Assembly (NCBI GenBank): GCA_025201805.1
Contig: MU619299.1
Coordinates: 5,604 to 69,603 of the forward strand
Reading direction: 5' to 3'
Length of the DNA stretch: 64,000 bases
From: Parasitella parasitica NRRL 2501
Lineage: Eukaryota > Fungi > Mucoromycota
How positions within the stretch are numbered: the first letter of the stretch is position 1; every line of letters starts with the position of its first letter. The position numbers were made by a program, and so were the translations under genes. The notes beneath the pieces were generated by a model. That model worked only from the letters and a program-made list of their open reading frames with translations. It ran no database searches and was not told the DNA's origin. Shown here one piece after another: positions 13,064-25,632 of this stretch.

Positions 13064-13561
13064 GGTAGTAGCTGTAGGATCGAACCTAAGTATGAAAGAG
13101 GAAGATTTTATTGTTTTGGCTGCCGGTGCATCTCTATAGTGGCGGCAATTTCTGGACCTGTGATTTGAATTCCAGTCCACACTGCCATTTTGTACAAGTT
13201 CTGCCAAACAGCATTCGAAGCAAACATTGACTCGCAAGGGCAGTTGATCGTTGCTATGGAAACAGATATAGTTTAATTACAATTTTATTTGCTAATAATT
13301 TTAGTATACAGCCTTAAAAAATAAGCACATCCTGTTTTAAAATCTCTCAATCTTTACATCATTGCTGAATTGCCTATAAAATAAAATTCTAATCTATAGC
13401 TCACATGTCATTAATTAAGCTAAACAATTTTTATAGCTCTTATATAGCTCCAAGGAGGCGTGAAAATCCTTCAAAGTAGAAAATGAATTTTATTTTTTAT
13501 TTATATCACAACCATATAGACCACAGAATTACATCATCCTACCTGCCTTAAAGTACGCTGT

Positions 13562-13596
<35 letters not shown>

Positions 13597-13635
13597 TGCC
13601 AATTTTGCACTTTGCTATTGCAACTAGTTTACAAA

Positions 13636-14304
13636 ATGAGCTCACAACATTTCATACCCCCAGTGGTAAATAGACAAAAAAAAAATACCTTGAATAACAT
13701 CTTTTTGACTTTTTGTGAGAAATAAAGAATTTTGGTATGATAGAAGAAGACTTGTATCGTTCAGGACAACCAAACGAGCTCAATTTCCCATTCCTGGAAA
13801 AGTTAGGGTTGAAAACAATTGCTTGGTTAGCGCCAGAAGAACCCAATCAAAGATTGTATGTAAAGATCTATTAGTACAAACAGAAAGACTAAATCATGTC
13901 ACCAGCTTGGACTTTATAGATGACCAAGAGATACAACTGCATCATTTAGGCGTTGTTTCCTCTGTTAATGCGTGGGATCCTATCACAGAAGAAGCAGTTC
14001 TACAAGCACTGGAATTAATATTAAATCCTTCAAACTATCCGATGATGATCATGTGTAATTTAGGGCGACATAGAACAGGTATTATCGAACTGTGCATTTG
14101 GAAGGACTTTGTTTTTGATGGAAAAAATTAGGCACAATCGTTGGATGCATGCGGAAGCTACAGCGCTGGAATCTGACATCTATATTCGAAGAATACAGAA
14201 GATACGCTGGGCCAAAAGTCAGGCTACTAAATGAACAATTTATTGAATTATTTGATACAGATCTTGTAGCGATCCCTGCTAATAAACCAAAATGGGGGGT
14301 TTAA
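13636..14304 (+). CDS. OCA1: Oca1/Siw14-family tyrosine phosphatase-like protein
   Basis: Spliced [63 protein letters not shown], with a CX5R loop. Confidence 0.85.
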
Positions 14305-14318
14305 CACATGTGTTTATT

Positions 14319-15988
14319 TCATAAATAATGGCTGTCTGGATTTTTGCGAGTAAAAACAAGAGGGTCTTCACAATTAGTAGCAAAAGCACCTGCAATTGCT
14401 GCAACAGGGTAAGGCTTGTTTCCACTGACCGTATCGATGTCAAAATGCTTCAAAAGATAAATAAGGGACATTTCAATCTCTTGAACAGCAAAGAAACGAC
14501 CGGGGCACATGTGCTTGCCCATACCAAAACTAGCAAAGTCTTTGGCTGGAGAAGTGCTGGCCTTGTTTAATGATTTAGCAGGGTCCATCTCGGCAACAGT
14601 AGACCGAGTGACATTATCGCCAAAGTTCAATTGACGAAGAGTCGTGTTGACAGAACGCCCCTTTGGCACTTGGTAGCCGTTTTTAAACGTGTAGTCATTG
14701 AGAGCCTTTTTACCATTTGCCAGTTTATCAACGCCTTGACGAAGCACCTCACGCATGAAATTATTCAAAAACTGCATCTTGTGCAAAGCCTCGTGAGTTA
14801 CATGTGTGTTTCCAGGAGCAAAATGCTCAATTTCTTCCAGCAGTGTTGCTTTCAGATCAGGGCGTGCAATCAGCCAGTAGATGGCAAAGCTCAAATTCAT
14901 GGATGTGGTATGCACAGAGGCGAAAGCGACAAGCAATACAGCGTGAGCAATCTCTTTTTCTGTGTACGGTTTGCTTGGATCATCCGTGTTTTCGAATTCC
15001 ATTAAGCCTTGTAAGAAATTATACTCCAAGCCGTGCTCTACACCGGCTTCCTGAGCTTGCTTCATCTTTTCTCTTCTTGCTTGAATAACAGGCGCAACAT
15101 ATTTCTCCATTACTTGATGATGTTTACTGGCAGATTGCAAGTACTTGGCGAGGTAAGGATGCAGAAACTTGGGTAGCATCATAAAGATACCAACATTCTT
15201 GGTGATGTCTCCGGTAAATTCAGCAAAAGACCTGATCACCTCCACATTGGTGGCCATTTCCTCGCCTAGCAACGTAGGAACACTCATGTAAGCAACAAAG
15301 TTCTGGAAAAATGGGCTAGGTGTTTCTACAACAGTGGCCCCGTCCTCATTGAATAAAGCTTCTACGCCTCTTTCAAGGCCCACTTGGATGCCATGAATAT
15401 ACATGGGCATCTTGCTGCTAGCAACGGTTGCCTTGGCCACAATCGGATTGGCTTTGATACCTATGGCCATGGTATGATGATCGAATACATAATCAAGATG
15501 CAGTAAATCTAACAGAAAAATGTCAGGATACTCGCTATGGACGAGCTTTCCCCAACGTAAAACATACCTTTAACTATGCCTTCTTCTAGCGACAAATCAG
15601 ATTGATCGGCCTTCAATGCCTCTTCCGCACATTTACCGCTAGCTACAGTAACTTGCTTACCAAGGAAATTAAGGTTATACAGTTCCCCGTAATTTTTGTT
15701 ACACCAGTCAATGAATTTGTTGGACATTGTCATCATGTACAAGGTGTGGCCCACTAAGGGCAGGCTGAGCGGCACTGTGGGAGGAAGATTCAATCTTTGA
15801 CGCCTTGTTTTAATATAAGATACAAGGTTGTATGCAGTTAATAATGTAGCAGCACCCAGAAATGCAAGCTCATTTCTTGTGGAACGCTTATAGAAATCAA
15901 CCCATTGATGAGAGACGGGTGCTTGTAGAATCAATTGAATAGCATGCTGAATGGGTGCTGCTCTCGTCAATGTGTTCAAGTAATCCAT
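14319..15988 (-). CDS. Cytochrome P450 (2 exons)
   Basis: N-terminal TM and PP segment, I-helix ASVHTT, K-helix EVLR, heme motif FGMGKHMCPG. Confidence 0.93.
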
Positions 15989-16198
15989 GTTTCTGGGCGG
16001 GAGTGAGGTAAGGGGCCAAGGTTCACAATAAGGGAATCAAATGGAACTGTGAGGTAAACTTTGAGCTTCTTATATATATTTATCTCGACAAGGACAAGTT
16101 GACAGAATTACCATCTGCAAAAGACTCCGGATATTATAGCTTGGATTTTTTTTGACGGAATGATATGGCCGAGCCTATGACATTTACATTTCACTTTA

Positions 16199-17693
16199 TT
16201 GTATTTTCAAATCAAAACTTATTGGGGGGGGGGGTACCTACAAAATCTGAAAATGAATCTCACAACAAAAATGACCTTCAACAAACTTACTTGAAATGAT
16301 GTAAAGGATTAAAATAAAAAAGCATCATGCTATACATATTTCCGGGCTATTGCATATATCTTAATATACTTTGTTCTTCGCTTAGCATATATATATATAC
16401 CATTTAGTTTTTAGGAATTATAAAATCATCTCTTTATATATAATCTACCATGCCCAAAAACCTTCAACGCACTATCACACATACAACTGTGGAAACTCGA
16501 GAGAAAATCTGCTTTGACCATTTTATGGGTTTCATGCCAGTAAAAAAAAGTCTGACAAAAATATCGAATAGCTGACAAAATAGCCAGAGATATCCATGAT
16601 CAATTTCGTAAAACTGACTCTGTTGAATACCGTCCTCGAGGAGACCCACGAAATGTAAAGATTCAGCAAATCCGCTCTGAATTTTTAAGAAATATAATTG
16701 ACGAAGAAGGTGAGGGAAATATTTTGACATTAGAGCGACTGCAGCAAAGACTTATTGTCGAGTTCCCAGAAGAATTTCCTTTAAAAAATGCAATTGGGAT
16801 TGCTACAATCCAAAAGCATATAACTCTCAGAAGCTGTGCCTGACTCTCAAAAGAACATCCCCAGTGGAATAAATACAAATAACTGAAAGAATAGCAAGAG
16901 AGCGAAAAGATTACTGCATTGGTCTTTCGCTCAAGGGTATTAATTACATGACAAATTGTATTTTTGTTGATGAAAGTGGATTTAATGCTTGTATGGTACC
17001 TGGACATGCAAGATCAGCCAAAGGAAAGAAGGCCCATGTAATCAAAAAAGACGAAGAGAGGCAAGAATATTTCAATCATTGGTGCTATTTCAGCAAAACG
17101 GGTTGAATCTTTTTACAAGCTGCTATGACAGATGGTTATACAAACGGGTTTATTTTTGCTGAATTTACCAAGCAGCTGTTGGAATGGGTTGATATGGAAT
17201 ACCCACATCAAGAATTCTATTTTATTATGGATAATTTAAAATTTCACAAGAGTCCTATTAGACAGAATCTTTTTAAACACTCAAAACATAGCCGCCATTT
17301 CTTGCCGCCATATTCTCCTATGCTAAATCCTATGGAAACTAGCTTCAACGAATTGAAAAACTTTGTTAGAAGGGATCCAAAGAAAAACAAAGAGACTCTC
17401 TTGGAGCTCATTAAGGAAGTAGAGAAGAAAATAACTCCTCAAGACTGTGAAGGATGGGCCCATCATTGTGTCAATAATGTCAATAGATGTATTGCTGGAG
17501 AAGATCTCACGTTTGAAAATTAGTGTTATATTTTATTGAATAAAATGACTTTCTTTACCAAAGTTGTGATTCATAAGTACTGTCGGTTCGATAAGTAATT
17601 TTTGTGAGATTGACTAGGTCAATTTTGTGAGTTTGATTAGATCATTTTTGTAGGTACCCCCAAATATTTTGTGAGTTTGATTTGAAAATACGA
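16199..17693 (+). mobile_element. Tc1/mariner (IS630-like, DD34E) DNA transposon, degenerate
   Basis: Terminal inverted repeats T(T/C)GTATTTTCAAATCAAA..GGGGGTACCTACAAAA flanked by TA at 16197-16198 and 17694-17695. Transposase motifs FVDESGFN, FIMDNLKFHK and LPPYSPMLNPME, with 34 residues between D and E. Confidence 0.9.
16450..17523 (+). pseudogene. Frameshifted DD34E transposase
   Basis: ATG at 16450 (MPKNLQRT..), but stops and frameshifts break the N-terminal part; only 17125-17523 is open. Confidence 0.8.
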
Positions 17694-19664
17694 TACTATC
17701 TATTTTACATGTTTAGCGTTAGAGTCACAAAAAGGGACTTTTGAACTGACATTAAGCATTTTTATAAGCGATAATGGTAAAGGGCTTTTCTGTCACTCGC
17801 AATTAGTAACCTATGAATTATTTACAAATAACAAGGGGTTATTACAGCAAAGCATTGTATCCATTAATTATCCTCTTCTGCTTCCAACTCGATGAGCCAC
17901 ACCTGTTTTATCATTTTATTATGAAGAAAGGTATAATTTAAAAATATTTACTTTATAAAGCTGTAGAATTGATATTGACGTGATATCACCTCCAGAAAAA
18001 TATTTTTACAGCTTAAAAGCAAGAACTTTAGCTTCGTGAGCCATTTTTCGATTAATTTTCATAATCAAAAGTGCTCTGAAAACACGAAAAATAGTATCCA
18101 TTGGTAAAAATATATATTATATATGATTTTGGTGCGATTTGAGCATGATTTTTTTTTCGATGCAAAATGACAGATTTTTTCAATTTTTTCCTTGTATCCA
18201 CACATCTAAAATCATCAATTATGCATTATCCTCGATTTTGACCTCAAAAATGCAACTTTTTACTATATCATATATTGGAGGAAAATGATCATAAAAGGTC
18301 ATTGCTTGATCTGAAAAGACTAGAAATGCGCTTTGATTAAGCAAAATGTTGATTTTTTCCTCTTAATCTGTTTTTGAGGTTTTTCGGCAGAATTCCTTTC
18401 ATAAGCATACGGGAATTATGAAATGACACCAGCGTATAGAGCGTCCAAAAATACAGCTATTATCATAAAATGACAGCCGTGGTATGCATAGTATCGGAGG
18501 ATGATATCTTGCCTCAAAGGAGTAATTTTGGTTTCGAATTGTCCAAATGGAGTTTCTGAAAGAATCTTTTCTTCCTGATTTTGGACGCATTTAATCTCCG
18601 CTGCCAGAGAAAAATGGTGCTTTTTTGAAGAAAGCATTAGCTTTGAGAAGACATAGCTTACCCAATTAAAAAGAAAAACAATCGAAGCCTATTTTATATA
18701 AATTTTGAGCTTCTTGGCTTTCTTATGGTAGTACTTGCATGTCTGTACCTGATTTGACGATATCACGCTCCGATTTTGAAAAATACTTTTCCGAAAAAAG
18801 TCAGAGATGTGGATACCTTCATCTGATTTCAACTTAAAAAGAATAAAATCTTGCTTTAAGCTATGCAAATATGTAATCGAAAAGGTGCCTTATAGTCGAA
18901 TACATTACTTTGTATTACTTTTTTTGTGTTTGAGATTGCTAAACATTGTTTTCTTACAGTTTTTGTCTTTTTTCTGACAATAACACAGTGAAGCCCGCGT
19001 AGACCAAAAAAAAAAAAAAAAAAAATCAGACGCCTAAAATCTACGCTGGCTTTACAAAGACACACTTTTGAACCATTCTAATATTATGGAAAAGATAGCA
19101 CAGGTTTGACTAGCTGTTCTACTGTGCAACTGGATATGCTGATCCCAGCTTGGTACTTGTCTGACAAGACCTTCTACACTAGAGGACTCCAGGTAAACTG
19201 AAGGTATAAAGAAATGCCAGAGAAAAGGAAAGAGTTTGCCACCAGGATAATATACCCATTCATAAAAAATCATCTGTATAAAAATTTATAAAATTCCAAG
19301 CCCATTTAAATGAATCTTGCTGTTCGTTCCTGAATCCCTTTAAAGGTTGTAGATCCAAAGTCAACAGACATACTTACACCCAGAATCACAGTGATGTTTG
19401 TCAATAGGCAACCGTAACCTTTTTTTAAAGACTATTTTGAACTTTAAGGTAAGATGCAAATAGCTTATTTCACAACACATTCTCTTAATATTTTCAGTAC
19501 GAATGAAACAAATTAAAGCAATTACTTTTTTTCTTTAAATATGGAATCCCTACTTAAATTCATTTTAGGGAGACATTTTTCTTCTCTCAGAAACTTCGTA
19601 GCATTTATCAGAGATAAAAGTTTTTTTTTTTTTAACCAGAAACCCTAATATATATTATCACAAT
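17694..19664 (+). repeat. Diverged, left-truncated copy A of the unclassified ~2.8 kb TIR element
   Basis: Colinear similarity to 58724-60615, with many substitutions and indels but a 128 bp identical block (18240-18367 = 59239-59366). Confidence 0.9.
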
Positions 19665-20764
19665 TGATGTTGATACTAATAAACTCTCGAGGATATAAAC
19701 CGCTACTTACGCCACTATATTCTCTTTTTTTTAAAATCCACATTGAGGAGTTTTGGTCTAAAATTGAGAAGAACATTGGCTTAATTTTATGTCTCTTTTT
19801 AAATTATCTTTGTCTAAATAATTTTATGCAAGTCCAAATCGTCTCAAATTCAATCGAAACATCGCCCATCTGATATCATTAGCAAATTGTATTTTGAAAG
19901 AATACAGTTGCGTCTGCTGACGTTCTCTGTCTGGAGGTAGCAACGAGCTATTTCCAATTGTCCTTGTCTTTGAAGACTTTCAATACCTGCTCCGCTAAAG
20001 AGGGACAAAGATGAATTTATATGGGGGAAGCTACAAGCTACTGCATTAGCCAAAAACAAGCTTGATTCTCATCAGCAGCTTATTCGCATGCGGTTTTATT
20101 TCGATAATTGCAGGTAAATTGGAAGCTCTGCGATACGTCTAAACAGATTGGCTTCATTATACCGTGAAATGGTAATGGCAAGACTCCAGTGAGAGATTGG
20201 GATTTCACGTCGCTCAAAAAAAACAGATTCATCCACACCTTCGACAGAGCAGGCAAGTGATACGTCGATCAGTGGTGGCAATCATAAGCGAAAGGGGCAA
20301 CTCTATCTCTATGGTAGCCTTTGCCGATCATGGCACCACTGGCTATCGTTATTTTTTTTGTGATCAATAGAGAAATATACTGTCCTACCTGCCCCTTCTA
20401 TAAAATTGATTCGAATGCTTTGCAAGCAAGACGGGTTTCTTCCACTTTGCTATTTCTTATTTTGATAGCAGATTTCGTCTCGTTGTTTTCCTGTCCACTC
20501 TGGAAGATAAATCTATCTGCAGCGCACGGTTGATAAGCGCTTGTTTCTAATAACCAATCTCATGCCAACTTATGCTCCAGCTTCCTCCGTGATGTATACG
20601 GTAGCCCTGTTGGCCACTGCGATGGCTCTGCTCATGGCGATAGCCGTCTGAAACCAAGCGAAATGACTGTTATATAATGCTTTCCATTTTTTTTTTTTTT
20701 TCTCCTTTCAAAATTGCTTTTTTCTATTCCAACATACAGTAGATATTGCACGTAAATAAATTAC

Positions 20765-23265
20765 ATGAATACGAATAACCCACTGCTACCTATCTCTTCA
20801 ACACCGGGGAAGAAGGCCAAAGACGCATCGCAAATCAAAAGAAGAATCACACAAGCATGCATTCTATGTAGAAAGAAAAAGGTAAATTTAGCCTTTGTGT
20901 CGTGAGTTATCTCGGTAAGTAACCTGTAAAAAAGATCAAATGCGATGGAGCCAAGCCAGAATGCGTTCACTGCCAGGATGCGAATATACAGTGTCACTAT
21001 ACAGAATATAAAAAGAGAGGCCCTCATAAAGGCTACGTCAGATTATTAGAGGAAAGGCTAGCACAATTAGAGAGAAGATTAACGAATGCTGGAGCCGAGA
21101 TTCCTCCACCAATATCCGCTACCTCACCAACACAGCAGTACAATAGTCCTTTAGTAAAAGCTGGGTCATCCTCTCCTTTGTCAAATTGCAAACGAGATGG
21201 AGATGATGACTTTCCTCCGCAGGACATTGTTACTCACCTCATTGATTTATTCTTCCAGTATATCAACTCAGTATTCCCTTTTGTTCATCGTGCGAGATTG
21301 AAACAGTCTATCCACGAAGGGAATGTATCAAAGCCATTGCTATGGGGCGTCATGGCTATTGCAGCAAGGTAAATATCAATTGCATGTGCGTGTCGAAAAC
21401 ATTTCTCAATTCCACGATTAGATTTTCAGACCATCCCAGTATAAAAACAGATCCCCCATATTGGGCAGGCGAAAAGTTTGCCATGAAAGCAACTTCACTT
21501 ATCAATGCAACGTTGTTGGAGCCTACCATTCCAAATCTACAATTCTGGGGTATCATGTCCTGTTTAGAATATGGTAGAGCGTCAGGTTCAAAGTAGGTTT
21601 TTCGCTCGTATTCTGTGGTAGTAGTAGTAGAGAAAGTGATTATTGACTCTATTAACTGGATAGAGCTTGGATTTACGGTGGTATTGCTGTCCGGATATGT
21701 CAAGAATTGGGGTTGAACAAGGAAGAGATTCTCAAATCCCCGATATTAGCAGTTGATGGTTCTATTGATTATGTGGCTATGGCTTTACGCCGGCGCATCT
21801 TTTGGAGCACGCTTTGTATCGACAAGTAAGTCTCTTTTCCAGCGTTTTTGGTTACACACGTTGCTTATTTCGAAATTATAGATTTGCTAGCACAAGCACG
21901 AATCGCCCGCAAGGTTTCGACATTGGCGAATACGATGCTGAGCCCCCAACCCTCAGCGAAAGCCGTCTTTTGAGAGACCCCTTGCAGGGGTTTACTCTAG
22001 ACCATCTAGTCATTGCCAATGATCCTTTGATGGATGTCATTCCCCGCTATCTCCGTGTTTTGGAGAGATTTGGAGAGATTGCAAAGTACATGAGTAGAGC
22101 TAAAACTGCGGCAGCTATAGTTTCCTGGCCACCCATCGACGAATTCAGCATATTGGATGCTAAAATGCGTAAATGGCGAGACGATTTACCAGAAGCTTTT
22201 CAATTTGGGCCTGGCAATGTTAAAAAGTATCGAAATTCTGCCAGTCAGAATTATCTCAATTTTTGGATTTGTTCACATGCGATGTATTGCACCGGTATGC
22301 TGGCATTGCACCGTGGCAGTTTAGCATACAGCGATTTATCTGCAGCAGAATTATCACAAGACACCTATGACCGTATACAAGCAAGCATCAGCGCGTGTAA
22401 AGCAAATGTCGAAATCGCAATGGACGTTTTCAAAGCTCTGCATGATATTTGTGGCTGGAATGTTTTACCCTACATGGGCTACTGTGCCTACATCTTTTCT
22501 ACTGTACTTATGACATCGGCGTTTTCGTCTGATCCTATATCCTATCAAAAGAGCAGTGCTGGTTTGGTCATTTTGTTTAATACAATCAAGGTAAACGAGA
22601 AATTAGAATGATCGTAAGCATACTGACCGATATTCTTTCAGTTGCTCGGTGCATACTGGCCAATGAGTGAAAGGCTTTCTCTTACTACTCGCGATATGCT
22701 TTCAGCTCACAGTCGATTGTATGACGGTCAGGAACAAGAATTTAACTACGAAACCACCCGGTTGGTACCTCCGCCGCTGCAGCAACAGCAACAGCAACAG
22801 ACTATGCACCTTCAGCAACAAAGAACTCTTTTGCAGCCTCCTGCTCAACTACAACAGCAGCAACCTCAACCTCAACATAAATTGAATAATCCAAATATTA
22901 ACACATTAGTACCTGTATCAGCTGTAGAGACCCCAAGTATCCCCGCAGCTTCATCATCCTTGTCATATACAACTTTCGTTCCAAATAATAGCATGATGCC
23001 CATTCAGCAGCAGCAAGCTCAAACACAAGATCAGCAAATCAGTGTTTATCCAGTGCAACAAGGAAGCATGAATAACAATGATATTGACTTTAATAGTTGT
23101 GAGTTTCTGTACGATTCTGCGCTATTCGGTCAAATCATTTTCGATACATCCAAAGCTGAAATGAGCGTGGCACCCCAATATTCTATACCAACCTCAAATG
23201 CGCCAGTGTATCCTCTTTATCAACAGCAGCAACACAAACAAGCAACTACCCCGTGGGGCGTATAA
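20765..23265 (+). CDS. Zn(II)2Cys6 fungal transcription factor with Fungal_trans domain
   Basis: ACILCRKKK|IKCDGAKPECVHCQDANIQC..KKRGP, LIDLFFQYINSVFPFVH, RRRIFW; Q-rich C-terminus. Confidence 0.92.
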
Positions 23266-24187
23266 TTGACTTTTTATAATGTATAGTGTCAGAGCAAAAC
23301 AAGTAAACTGGATATTTTTATTTGAGGAAAAAGACAGAGTTAACTGTAGTTTTCTCAACAAGTCAAGTCCAGTTAACTAGTGGCTATAATAAATACATAC
23401 ATTGCTTCGCGGTGCCTAGCACATACTGCCGCTGACCTGCTTGGCTTCACGAAATTCTTCAAGGTGTCTACTCTCATAATCGCGCCACGTCTGATAGTGA
23501 CATGATGGCTTTATTACTATGTAGTAGCATTTTTCAAAATTTTGCCACGACGATGTTAAGAGATAATAGTTTTTATCCACAACTTGTACTACTATTATGC
23601 ATTTTCATGTTTTCTAAAAGAGTTATTGTTCCGTCTTCATAAGAGATGCTCATTTTTGTGGATAATCCGTTGTTACTAAAGAATTTAAAAAGTTGGGCAA
23701 ATTAGCCTCAAACATCTGGGCAAATTAGTCTCGCACAAGTACGCAATTTCGCTCAAAAAAGAGGGNNNNNNNNNNNNNNNNNNNNNNNNNNNNNNNNNNN
23801 NNNNNNNNNNNNNNNNNNNNNNNNNNNNNNNNNNNNNNNNNNNNNNNNNNNNNNNNNNNNNNNNNNNNNNNNNNNNNNNNNNNNNNNNNNNNNNNNNNNN
23901 NNNNNAATCAAAAAAAAAAAAAAAAAAAAAATCCACTCATAAAAACGTATTTACTTGCAGTGATTTGGTGCCTTTTGAGAAAAGAAAAAAAACGATCAGT
24001 AAAAGGCTATATACGAGTAACAAAATACAAGAGGTAGTTTGATTATTTTTATGCCAAGTTCACATTGTGAATAAATGCACCTTCCCCCTTCACAGTAACC
24101 CCGCAACCGCCAACTTGTCCACAGCCCTATACAATTGATATACTTTGCTTTGTTTTATTTTATTTCTTGCTTGTATGCACACATAAT

Positions 24188-25351
24188 CTAATCAATTTGC
24201 ATATCATCGCTCTTTTCGTTGGAAGTCTTTTCGCCGTCTTTTCCGTCCACATCCAGATCCTTCACATCCTTCTCTATTTGAGCAGTTGCTGATGATTCCG
24301 TGCCTTCCAAAGCATTTTCACTCTTGAAGTTATCAATCTTATTATCAATCAAATTATGAAGAGCGATAACCGCACGAATCATGCTAGACAAATAAATCAA
24401 CAATAATTGATCGTTTGTCTTTGTGCTGAATGAATTGACCATATCGTTGTTTTCGAGATTGGGCAAAAGGTTGAAAATATCTTGCAGGTTGTAAATAATT
24501 TGGTGGTTGACAGGTAATTTACCACTGACGACTTTTTGCAAGTAGTCGCGGATTTCTTCAAGACGGCCTTGAAGACCTCCCAAGGATCCTAGTTGAGACG
24601 TGATGCGAGTACTTAATGTGCCAACTGCGTTATCTTTAATATCTCTTAGCAGATGTTCAACGCCAATTTCTTCAGCCTCTTCTGCCACGATTTCTGATGG
24701 AACATGCATAAATGTTTTTGTTGTAGTGGTACCGTCCTAATAGTCTGGATTCAGTAAAATGGCATAATCTCTGTGCGATATCAAAATACTCACATCCTTG
24801 ATTTCTTCGATAGCAAAATAAGCATCGGTAGGAATTTCTGCATCATTAGGCTTTACATCGACAATGACGAGCACAGGATTGGGTGTGTACCGTTTGAAGA
24901 GCTCATTGATTTCTAAATCTGAAGAACGAAGCTTGGGTCCACTATGATACCAACCAATCAGCTTTTCCTTTGCTACAGAAATATCTAAGTACCCATACTG
25001 CCTCTATGTTTGTGGTAGAGTCTCTTTACCATTCACTTTTTTAAACATATCGTTCATGGCTTCCACGTAGTTGTGATCCAAAAACCAAACTGAAGGATCC
25101 TTGGGATCTTCCTCGAAAGGGACTATTTACAACAGTCAGAATACACAAACAACACAATCGCATTGCAAAATCTTACCAGCAAAACTGTTGGAAACATTGA
25201 CGGTTTTTCCCTTGTTCTGTCCAAGCAGTACACCAACGACGCGCTTCTTGGTATCCTTGGCAACACGGTTGTAATGATCCGTTGCAGAAAGCAGCACAAG
25301 AGGATGAACATGAGCTGTGACGGAGGGTTGGACAGTTATAGTAGCAGGCAT
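24188..25351 (-). CDS. RPN8: 26S proteasome lid subunit Rpn8 (MPN domain)
   Basis: [58 protein letters not shown]. Confidence 0.96.
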
Positions 25352-25632
25352 TTTTACTTTAGATATATCAAGAAGAAAAAGGATATCAAATACAAAGCTC
25401 AGGCCCTAATGCTCATGCTCTTTATACACACTTACGCGTACAATAAGATGCCGGAATCCTATTAAGCCAGCGGATCGTGACATCATCTCGTATGCTACAG
25501 AGTTCCTGCTTCCTGATTGCCTTTGGGCCACTGGTTTGAGCTCGATGCTGAATTAAAAGGGAGCTGAATACTATTTCTTTCTTTTTCCGTCCTTTTACTG
25601 CCTGCTTAAAAGAGACATCCGAGAAAGACCTC

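Noticed and set aside
13070-13092. GGTTCGATCC, a tRNA B-box / T-loop-like motif on the minus strand
   Set aside because: No cloverleaf or A-box, and it lies in the RPS6 5' leader.
19690-20660. Coding-like, GC-richer sequence between copy A and the Zn2Cys6 gene
   Set aside because: Only short broken ORFs with no family I can recognise; a call cannot be supported without a search.
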